Assembly (NCBI GenBank): GCA_028690055.1
Contig: JAQVBZ010000002.1
Span: 29,978-93,977, forward strand
Direction of reading: 5' to 3'
Source of the DNA: Minisyncoccota bacterium
GTDB taxonomy: Bacteria > Patescibacteriota > Minisyncoccia > JAHIHE01 > JAGLIN01
DNA length: 64,000 nt
In this document: piece after piece, positions 51,741-59,229 of the stretch
Numbering within the stretch: position 1 is the stretch's first letter
How the letters are laid out: the number at the start of each line of letters is the position of its first letter
Translations under genes and position numbers: made by a program
Notes under the pieces: model-generated
Databases searched by the model: none
Told to the model about the DNA's origin: nothing
The model's input: only the letters and a program-made list of their open reading frames with translations

Positions 51741-52172
51741 TGTTTCATGCTGAACTCGTTTCTGTATTTTTGTCATTCTGAACTTGTTTCAGAATCTTCT
51801 GTATCTTTCGCTTTGACTTTGTTTAATTCACTTCACTTAATATTACGCTTTTTAGAATAGCGTGGAATCATCCGTTTGATGCGGGATAGATATTTTTCGT
51901 GATAGATAATGAGGATCCTGAAACAAGTTCAGGATGACAAAGTAAAATAGTAAATTGCAGAAACTATTTCTCTTGTGATGTGTCATCCCGAATCTATTCC
52001 TGTATTTCTGTCATTCTGAACTTGTTTCAGAATCTTCTGCATATTTCGCTTTGACTTTATTAAATTCACTTCACTAAATATTACGCTTTTTAGAATAGCG
52101 TGAAATCTTCCATTCGATTCGGGATAAATACTTCCAGTTATATACATCAAGGATCCTGAAACAAGGATGACA
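51741..52172. repeat. two tandem ~200-bp units (period 238 bp) with TGTCAT-family ends
   Basis: Units 51741-51939 and 51979-52172 align along their length. Confidence 0.9.
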
Positions 52173-52211
52173 AATTATCTTCTTCCTTGCTGAGAGTTAA
52201 GTTGCTCTATC

Positions 52212-52238
52212 AAAAAAACCGCCTTTCAGGCGGTTTTT
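52212..52238. terminator. bidirectional intrinsic terminator
   Basis: AAAAAACCGCC-TTTCA-GGCGGTTTTT. Confidence 0.75.
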
Positions 52239-52256
52239 ATATTGTCCAAACGATTA

Positions 52257-52451
52257 TTACATCAAATCCTTGATATCTTTGCCCTGCTTGATAGCGGTGC
52301 TGATACACTTGGCACAGACCTTGATCTTTTGTCCATCGATGTTCTTAGTCTGGATATTGATTCTCTGGGTTCTCTTGGTTGCAATGTTGGAGTGGCTGCG
52401 GGATTGGCTGGATGTTGTGCCTCTCTTGCAAACTTGACATGTTCTGCTCAT
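52257..52451 (-). CDS. rpmB: 50S ribosomal protein L28 (Zn-binding form)
   Basis: MSRTCQVC, RSHSNIATKR, KVCAKC. Confidence 0.95.
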   Translation of the reverse strand: MSRTCQVCKRGTTSSQSRSHSNIATKRTQRINIQTKNIDGQKIKVCAKCISTAIKQGKDIKDLM

Positions 52452-52533
52452 ATGAAATAATTAGGTTATTATGTTTCGATAATTGCTACGCAATACTTAG
52501 ATATCTTAGACTATATTATTAATTTTGGCAAGT

Positions 52534-53181
52534 ATGATTGTAACTATTCAGATTTTTGGTTTTCTTGTTCTGATTTTCTCGATAGTCATCCACGAATTTT
52601 CGCACGGATGGATGGCAGATCAGTTGGGGGATCCGACGGCGCGCTTTATGGGAAGGCTGACGCTTAATCCGATTCCGCATATTGATCCGCTGGGGTCGGT
52701 GATTGTGCCATTATTCCTTTTGCTGACAAGGGCTGGTTTTGTTATCGGTTGGGCCAAGCCGGTGCCGTATAACCCTTACAATCTCAAAGACCAGAAGAAG
52801 GGGCCAGCATTGGTGGCGCTGGCAGGTCCGCTTTCTAACCTAATGGTTGCTGTCATTTTTGGGGTGGTAGTAAGACTACTTGTTGCACAGGGCAATACTG
52901 CTAATATGACGATTGCACTGTTCGATTTAATTATTCTTTATAATGTCATGCTGGCGATGTTTAACCTGGTGCCGCTTCCTCCTTTGGACGGTTCCAAAAT
53001 ACTTGAGGCTATCTTGCCACAGTCGATGCGGGGGGGTATGCAATTTTTGGAAAAGAATTATATGCTCTTTTTGCTGATTTTCATTTTCTTTGGCTTTCAG
53101 TACATCGCGCCTGTTATGGCAATTCTGTATTACGTTATAGCGGGAGTTCCAGCGGGGAATATGCTAACTTTAGTATTATAA
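52534..53181 (+). CDS. site-2 protease (M50) family
   Basis: HEFSH, LGDPTA, GWAKPVP, NLVPLPPLDG. Confidence 0.94.
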   Translation: MIVTIQIFGFLVLIFSIVIHEFSHGWMADQLGDPTARFMGRLTLNPIPHIDPLGSVIVPLFLLLTRAGFVIGWAKPVPYNPYNLKDQKKGPALVALAGPLSNLMVAVIFGVVVRLLVAQGNTANMTIALFDLIILYNVMLAMFNLVPLPPLDGSKILEAILPQSMRGGMQFLEKNYMLFLLIFIFFGFQYIAPVMAILYYVIAGVPAGNMLTLVL

Positions 53182-53566
53182 TACAGACACAGCAGGAGGC
53201 TTCGATTGATTCTTTGTTATTTCTGTGTAGGCGGGCGTCTATGGTTTATTCTTTAATTTTCTTAAAGAATAAAGCCTATATCTTTTCTATTTTATTAAAT
53301 CATTTCTCATTTTTCTTGTTTTTCTTATTCTAGATTCCCGCCTGCGCGGGAATGACATAAGCTATAATTGCATAATGAGGGGGGGGTAAGTTTTTGGCAA
53401 CCTAAAGAGGTGTCTTAACCGCTAATTTTACGCGTTCTTGACATCATTCAGCCTTTCTGCTAGTCTGATAACAAGGAAAAACTCGTTAATAGCTATACTC
53501 ACATGGGTCTGCTAACCCTTGTGTGATTTTGTTTCGTTAGTGTTTTTTAAGTAATCAAAAACAAGA

Positions 53567-54001
53567 ATGTCAACCATACAACAGCTGGTTAGAAAACCAA
53601 GAAAGAGCACAGCCAAGAAACCAAAATCTCCGGCATTGCTTAGGAATTTTAATTACATCAAGAACAAGCCGACTGACGCTACCCGTGGTGGGAAGAGGGG
53701 AAACCCTTTCAAGAGAGGCGTCTGTGTTAAGGTTGGAACCATGACTCCTAGAAAGCCGAACTCGGCGCTGCGAAAGTTTGCCAGAGTCAAGCTAACCAAC
53801 GGCATGGAAGTTACCGCTTACATCCCGGGAATCGGACACAACCTGCAGGAGCATTCCGTAGTTATGATCCGTGGTGGAAGAGTTAAAGACCTCGCCGGTG
53901 TGCGTTATCACATCGTTCGTGGTGTTTTGGATGCGGGAGGTGTTGAAAACCGCAAGCAGGAACGTAGCAAGTATGGAGCTAAAAGACCTAAGAAGGCGTA
54001 G
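53567..54001 (+). CDS. rpsL: 30S ribosomal protein S12
   Basis: [25 protein letters not shown]. Confidence 0.99.
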   Translation: MSTIQQLVRKPRKSTAKKPKSPALLRNFNYIKNKPTDATRGGKRGNPFKRGVCVKVGTMTPRKPNSALRKFARVKLTNGMEVTAYIPGIGHNLQEHSVVMIRGGRVKDLAGVRYHIVRGVLDAGGVENRKQERSKYGAKRPKKA

Positions 54002-54147
54002 AACCTGTCTGAAAAGTCCTTTTTCTACTGCAACCGTAAAATTTCGGCTGCAAAAGGTTCAAGTCTCGTCTACGTTATTAACCAATTTCACTTTTTTCGT
54101 TCGAAATTTTACGGTTTCGTGACGAAAGTGACTTTCCAGACAGGCTC
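54001..54147. mobile_element. ~147-bp MITE-like element between rpsL and rpsG
   Basis: TIRs GAACCTGTCTGAAAAGTC / GACTTTCCAGACAGGCTC; inner IR AACCGTAAAATTTCG / CGAAATTTTACGGTT. Confidence 0.6.
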
Positions 54148-54176
54148 TTAAATCATAAATTAGTTATCTAATCAAA

Positions 54177-54644
54177 ATGGGAAGAAGAAAAAAAGTATAT
54201 ACCAGGCACTATGAGCCGGATTTCAAGTACAACAATGTACAGGTCGGACGCTTCATCAATTACATCATGCAGGATGGAAAGAAGACTGTCGCTTCCAAGA
54301 TTGTTTACGGAGCTTTCGATATCATCCAGGACAAGACCAAACAGGACCCGATCGAGATATTCGACTCGGCTATCAATAAGGTCGCACCTATCTTGGAAAT
54401 CAAGTCCAAGCGTGTCGGTGGGGCAACCTACCAGGTCCCGATGGAAGTCAGGGGCAATCGCAGGATGTTGCTAGCTTTCCGTTGGATGCTGATTGCGGCC
54501 AAAGCGCGCAAAGGCAGGCCGATGGCGGAAAAACTGGCAGCGGAAATTCTGGACATCCAGAATGGTACCGGTGCTGCTATCAAGAAACGAGACGATGTAC
54601 AGAAGATGGCAGAATCAAATAGAGCATTCGCGCATTTTGCATAG
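54177..54644 (+). CDS. rpsG: 30S ribosomal protein S7
   Basis: RVGGATYQVP, MAESNRAFAHF. Confidence 0.98.
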   Translation: MGRRKKVYTRHYEPDFKYNNVQVGRFINYIMQDGKKTVASKIVYGAFDIIQDKTKQDPIEIFDSAINKVAPILEIKSKRVGGATYQVPMEVRGNRRMLLAFRWMLIAAKARKGRPMAEKLAAEILDIQNGTGAAIKKRDDVQKMAESNRAFAHFA

Positions 54645-54848
54645 TAAAATCATAAAAAAGGACTTTGTGTCCTTTTTTTGTTTAAAGGCAAAAACTATTC
54701 TTTTTAAGATAAGAGCGTGCGTTTAGAGTAGCAGCTCTCGTGTAAAAATAAATTCTCTTGACACGAAGCCTGTTATTATGTTGCTTTAAAAAATCAGAAC
54801 GGTTATAATGAAGTTAATGAAGGAGGGTTTTATAAAATTTAAAATTTT

Positions 54849-56174
54849 ATGCTCAATACAAAAAGGATTCGAAAGTCATTTCCTGCCATACGGTGCGGAA
54901 GAATGATTTCCAATAATGCTGCAAGCACCCAAATTCCGGTCCAGTTATTGGATTTGATGAAAAAGCTTGCCGTGAGTTATGATAATGTCCATAGAGGGCA
55001 GTCTCGGTCTTCGATATTGACGACAGAAGCGTTTGAGTCATCTTATGACACTATCGCGCAATTCATTGGTGCTCCGTCGCGGAGGAACATCGTGTTGTAC
55101 AGGAATACCACGGAGGCAATCAACGCCGTAATGTATTCCCTGATGACTGAATTTCACGATGGGGATAATGTGGTTACGACGTACATGGAACATAATTCGA
55201 ACTATGTCCCGTGGTACGGGCTTACGCATGAGATATTGCCTAAGTTTGGAATTAATGTCGAATGCAGGCTCGCAAAATTTGACAAGGAAACAGGAAAACT
55301 CGACCTTGATCATTTGAGCTCGCTGGTGGACAAGAAGACCAAACTTGTCTGCTGTACGGGAGCTTCAAACTTTTTGGGTACCAAAACTCCGATAAAAGAA
55401 ATTCGAAGGATAGCGGATGCGAGCGGATACAAGCAGCCGACAGGTGAGAATAAATCCTACCTACTTATTGATGGTGCTCAGACTGTTCCGAACACCTATA
55501 TAAATGTGAAGGAATTGGATATCGATTTTCTTGCCTGGTCTTTTCACAAGATGATTTCTCCTTTCGGTGTCGGAGCTTTGTATGCGAAAGAAGACTTATT
55601 GAAAAATATGAGGCCGTTTCTCTATGGCGGGGATATGATTGCCGACGGGATGGTAACGCCGGAGAAAGTGTCATATAATTCGCTGCCTTGGAAGTTTACA
55701 GCAGGGACCCCCAATATTCTGGGAACCATATTGTCCGCTCAAGGTTTGCGATTGCTTATGGATTTTTCTTTAGACAAGAAAAAATATTTTATGACTGGCA
55801 AGGCGCTGGATTCTTCCGATATAAAGACAGCTATGGAAAATATAGAAGCGCACGAAACAGCTTTGATAGGAGAAGCGATGAAGATACTGAGCGAAATTCC
55901 GTCACTTAAAATTTATGGACCAAAGGATCCCAAGGATAGGACCTCTTTGGTTTCTTTTAATTATGAAGGCATAAGCCCCTTTAAGATTGCGGAGGAGCTG
56001 AATGAATTCAATGTAGAATCCAGAGCCGGATGCCATTGCGCTACTCTGGCACACTACTACTATGGTTTGACCTTACCGGCAAGTTGCAGGTTGAGTTTTT
56101 ATGTTTATAACGACATTAAAGATGTTAGAAAGGCTTGCGATGCAGTCAAAAAATGTGTACAATTTAAGAGCTGA
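54849..56174 (+). CDS. cysteine desulfurase-like class V PLP enzyme (SufS/CsdA group)
   Basis: NVHRG, NTTEAIN, MEHNSN, DGAQ, SFHKM (PLP Lys), AGTPNI, RAGCHCA. Confidence 0.9.
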   Translation: MLNTKRIRKSFPAIRCGRMISNNAASTQIPVQLLDLMKKLAVSYDNVHRGQSRSSILTTEAFESSYDTIAQFIGAPSRRNIVLYRNTTEAINAVMYSLMTEFHDGDNVVTTYMEHNSNYVPWYGLTHEILPKFGINVECRLAKFDKETGKLDLDHLSSLVDKKTKLVCCTGASNFLGTKTPIKEIRRIADASGYKQPTGENKSYLLIDGAQTVPNTYINVKELDIDFLAWSFHKMISPFGVGALYAKEDLLKNMRPFLYGGDMIADGMVTPEKVSYNSLPWKFTAGTPNILGTILSAQGLRLLMDFSLDKKKYFMTGKALDSSDIKTAMENIEAHETALIGEAMKILSEIPSLKIYGPKDPKDRTSLVSFNYEGISPFKIAEELNEFNVESRAGCHCATLAHYYYGLTLPASCRLSFYVYNDIKDVRKACDAVKKCVQFKS

Positions 56175-56199
56175 ATCCTAAAGAACTAAAATAAAAAAC

Positions 56200-56625
56200 A
56201 TGCAACAATGTTCAATCTATGATAAATCTCTAAGATTTTCTAGATTTGTTTATAGTGTTATGGTTTTGTGTGCATATTTCCTCCAAGACAAATGGCTGGT
56301 TTTGACTGTAAGTATCTTAACGATTATGGGCGCATTTTCTTTGAGTTTTAATATTCCTTATCATCTTCACAGGCTTTACTCAAAGAGAAATAATATTGGT
56401 CCGTCAAATAAGGATTTCGGAGAGCTGAGCTTCGTTTCTGGCATTACCGGTATATTGCTTCTAGCAGGATTCCTGTTATTGCAGTATACTGAATATACTA
56501 CTTTCGCTTGGGCTTATATCTTAGTAGTTGTCGCGATGTTATTTATGGCCTGCCTTGTCGGTTTTTGCGTAGCGACGCTGATGTATATCCTTATAAGAAA
56601 CAAATTCAATCATAAACGTGGCTAA
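56200..56625 (+). CDS. DUF4395-like membrane protein
   Basis: Four hydrophobic segments, N-terminal D...RF, C-terminal ACLVGFCVAT..Y. Confidence 0.65.
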   Translation: MQQCSIYDKSLRFSRFVYSVMVLCAYFLQDKWLVLTVSILTIMGAFSLSFNIPYHLHRLYSKRNNIGPSNKDFGELSFVSGITGILLLAGFLLLQYTEYTTFAWAYILVVVAMLFMACLVGFCVATLMYILIRNKFNHKRG

Positions 56626-57944
56626 TGAGTTTAAAAACAAAAAATCAAATCACACCGAGAGAGGCCGTAAAAAGCTGTAATTTTAATAGCAGTTGCTGGC
56701 TAGTGGACAATCTTCAATATCCTCCCTATAAGCGCTGTCAATACTGCGAACTTAAGTTTCGCAAGTGTTTGTTCCTGCAATATCAGGTTATTACTTTCGT
56801 TTTGATAGTCTTTTCTTTTTCTTCGCTGTTCTTATTCGAAAAAAGGATATCGCCTCCTGTAATCATAGTCGTATTCGTTATGGTTGTCGTTTATGGATAT
56901 TTTTTCAATAGCAGCACTGAAAAAATCATCAAGTCTCATTTTTTGGAAAGAAAAGCTAAAAATGAGTTGAAAGAGCTTTCGGAAAAGCTGGAAGAAAAGG
57001 TTGAGGGGCAGACAAGAGATATGCGGGAACAGAATTTGCATTTAGAAGAGCTTTTGAATATGAAGGGTGATTTTTTGCGCACAGTAAATCATCAGCTCAA
57101 TACTCCGCTGACGATAATGAAGAATGCCTTTGCTATGATGAAAGACAAATCTCTTTCAAGCGAACAGGGGATGAAAATAGCCGCACATGGGCTGGAAAGG
57201 ATGAGCAGTACGATTGAGGATTTTTGGAATGCCTTCGAATTGGATGAGCAGAAGGAGCCTGTGGATCTGGCTGAAACGGATATAGAGACGATTGTCAAAG
57301 ATATGATGAAGGAGAAGAAAAAAATGGAGCTGGCTATTGCCAGGAAACTATCGATCAGATTGATTAAGCCGGATTGGGCTGTGCCGAAAGTATTGTGCGA
57401 TCATAGGACGATAGGGCAGGCGATTTCCAATTTGTTGGATAATGCGGTCTTTTATACTCAGAAGGGGTCAATCAAGGTCTGGTTTGAAAAGATAAGGATA
57501 TGTGGGAAGGATTTCCTAAAAATATTTATCTCAGATACGGGAGAGGGCATTTCTCTGGAAGACCGGGAAGATATATTTGAAAAATTTTTCAGAGGTTCGG
57601 CGACAGCCTCCATCAATCCGAATGGGTCGGGGCTCGGTCTCTATATAGCAAGAAATATCGTGGAAAGCAGTGGGGGGGAGATTAAGTTGGAGCAAACAGA
57701 TGTAGGCAGAGGTACTACTTTCAGTTTCACTCTGAGAATCGCAAAATCAGAAAATAAGGCGAAGAAGTTGGCTTCGAAAAGGGCAGTCGCTGATTGCGGT
57801 AAAAGCGCTCAAAGACAGCCCGATGGTGGAAAAGTTGGCAGCGGAAATTTTGGACATCTGGAACGTAACGGTGCCGTTATCAAGAAACGAAGTGATGTGC
57901 AGGAAATAGCAGAATCAAACGGAGTGTTTGCGCATTTTACATAA
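56625..57944 (+). CDS. sensor histidine kinase with Cys-rich N-terminus and rpsG-derived C-terminal tail
   Basis: HQLNTPL H-box, NLLDNA, DTGEGI, GSGLGL; two TMs; C-x5-C...CxxC-x6-C. Confidence 0.93.
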   Translation: MSLKTKNQITPREAVKSCNFNSSCWLVDNLQYPPYKRCQYCELKFRKCLFLQYQVITFVLIVFSFSSLFLFEKRISPPVIIVVFVMVVVYGYFFNSSTEKIIKSHFLERKAKNELKELSEKLEEKVEGQTRDMREQNLHLEELLNMKGDFLRTVNHQLNTPLTIMKNAFAMMKDKSLSSEQGMKIAAHGLERMSSTIEDFWNAFELDEQKEPVDLAETDIETIVKDMMKEKKKMELAIARKLSIRLIKPDWAVPKVLCDHRTIGQAISNLLDNAVFYTQKGSIKVWFEKIRICGKDFLKIFISDTGEGISLEDREDIFEKFFRGSATASINPNGSGLGLYIARNIVESSGGEIKLEQTDVGRGTTFSFTLRIAKSENKAKKLASKRAVADCGKSAQRQPDGGKVGSGNFGHLERNGAVIKKRSDVQEIAESNGVFAHFT

Positions 57945-57981
57945 ACAAAGAAAAAAGAATCTTTTGATTCATTTTTTTGTT
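57789..57981 (+). repeat. degenerate direct repeat of rpsG 3' end and terminator (54488-54682)
   Basis: Colinear nucleotide alignment; GAVIKKRSDVQEIAESNGVFAHFT versus S7 GAAIKKRDDVQKMAESNRAFAHFA. Confidence 0.9.
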
Positions 57982-58094
57982 GTATGTGCTATAATAATTA
58001 TAGAAATATATTATTAGCAATAGACAGTGGATAACGGAAAAGTGGCGTTAGATTCCACCGTGAAGTTAGATCGTTAGGGGGGGGTAATAAACCA

Positions 58095-59186
58095 ATGACG
58101 CAAATAAAAAATATGGAAATTGAGAAAAAAGAACAGGAATCTCTTTTTGACTATTATCATTTTACAAAGACTGAAGCAAAGAAATATATCGTCTTGGAGA
58201 GGGTTTTTGTAGAACTTACTCCGAAGAAAATACGGCAGAAGGTAAATGCTCTACGGGGTTTGGAATTGCCGGACGAGCTAATGAAATGGATTAAGGAATA
58301 TGACAAAATAGGCAGGCGCAACCCGCTTACATGGAAAAGAACATATGGACATTCCTGTATAGTGAATTTTTCGGATGCCACGGTTGAGAATCGGGCATTT
58401 CTAGAGAATACTAAGTTTCTTATGTTTATGTTTATAATCCTCCTCGATGATGTTGCGGATGTTTGGCAAAGTAAAACCTTGTTGGATGAAATATTGAAAA
58501 TTCCCTATGAGGAGAAAGATATAGACTTCAACAAATTGGATGAGAGAGAGCAAAAATATCTGAAATTTACTTTAAAACTTTGGAAGAATTTGCTTAGAAG
58601 GCTTAAAACTTTCAAGAACTATAAAGAATTCGAGGGATTGTTAGAATATAATATCAGGCAGATGCTTCATGGGAGAAGGTACGGTTATTTGATGAATAAA
58701 AAGCCGTGGCTTATTAATAAAATCGAGTTACAGTCATATCTTACTGCCAGTGTTTGCAGCATGCAAATTCTGGAAGACTTCACTATTGATTTTATGTTTG
58801 CTCAGAACCTTGCTATCAGCGAGTATGGCAAGATAAGAGAGCTGACTTTCAGGACACAGCAGATGACTAGAAGAGGGAATTGGGTAAGCGGTTGGATTAA
58901 GGAGATAGAAGAATTGGATTTTACGAGCGGAGTGGTCGCCTATGCTTTAGATGAAGGGGCTATTACTTCTGAGGACTTGTTGAATACGACTAGGGAGAAC
59001 TATATGGTTGTTGTTGAAAAAATTAGAAAGTCAAATGCGGAAAAAGAACTTTTGATGGAGTGGGAAGATAATTTTCATAAAAATATTGAGACAGCAAAGA
59101 AGATTAAAAGTATGAATGCTGAAAAATACGTTTTGGGAGTCGAGCAGCTCCTTGGCATGGTGTTGATTTCGGCACACGCTTCGTAG
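58095..59186 (+). CDS. class I isoprenoid/terpene synthase-fold protein (putative)
   Basis: ILLDDVAD (DDxxD) and later R.GNWVSGW.KE...DFTSG resembling an NSE/DTE motif; helical, 363 aa. Confidence 0.6.
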   Translation: MTQIKNMEIEKKEQESLFDYYHFTKTEAKKYIVLERVFVELTPKKIRQKVNALRGLELPDELMKWIKEYDKIGRRNPLTWKRTYGHSCIVNFSDATVENRAFLENTKFLMFMFIILLDDVADVWQSKTLLDEILKIPYEEKDIDFNKLDEREQKYLKFTLKLWKNLLRRLKTFKNYKEFEGLLEYNIRQMLHGRRYGYLMNKKPWLINKIELQSYLTASVCSMQILEDFTIDFMFAQNLAISEYGKIRELTFRTQQMTRRGNWVSGWIKEIEELDFTSGVVAYALDEGAITSEDLLNTTRENYMVVVEKIRKSNAEKELLMEWEDNFHKNIETAKKIKSMNAEKYVLGVEQLLGMVLISAHAS

Positions 59187-59229
59187 TATATCGCGAATTG
59201 TTTACGGTAAAAATCTAAAAAAGCTTACA

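Larger units (their letters stand above)
51323..52172. mobile_element. candidate element: GIY-YIG gene plus two tandem repeat units within 23-bp perfect inverted repeats
   Basis: 51323-51345 TGTCATCCTTGTTTCAGGATCCT is the exact reverse complement of 52150-52172. Confidence 0.6.

Noticed and set aside
51741-52172. Possible CRISPR array
   Set aside because: Only two long units with similar interiors rather than unique spacers; no cas genes
54488-57981. Possible DGR template/variable repeat pair
   Set aside because: Mismatches are not adenine-specific, there is an indel, and no reverse transcriptase is present
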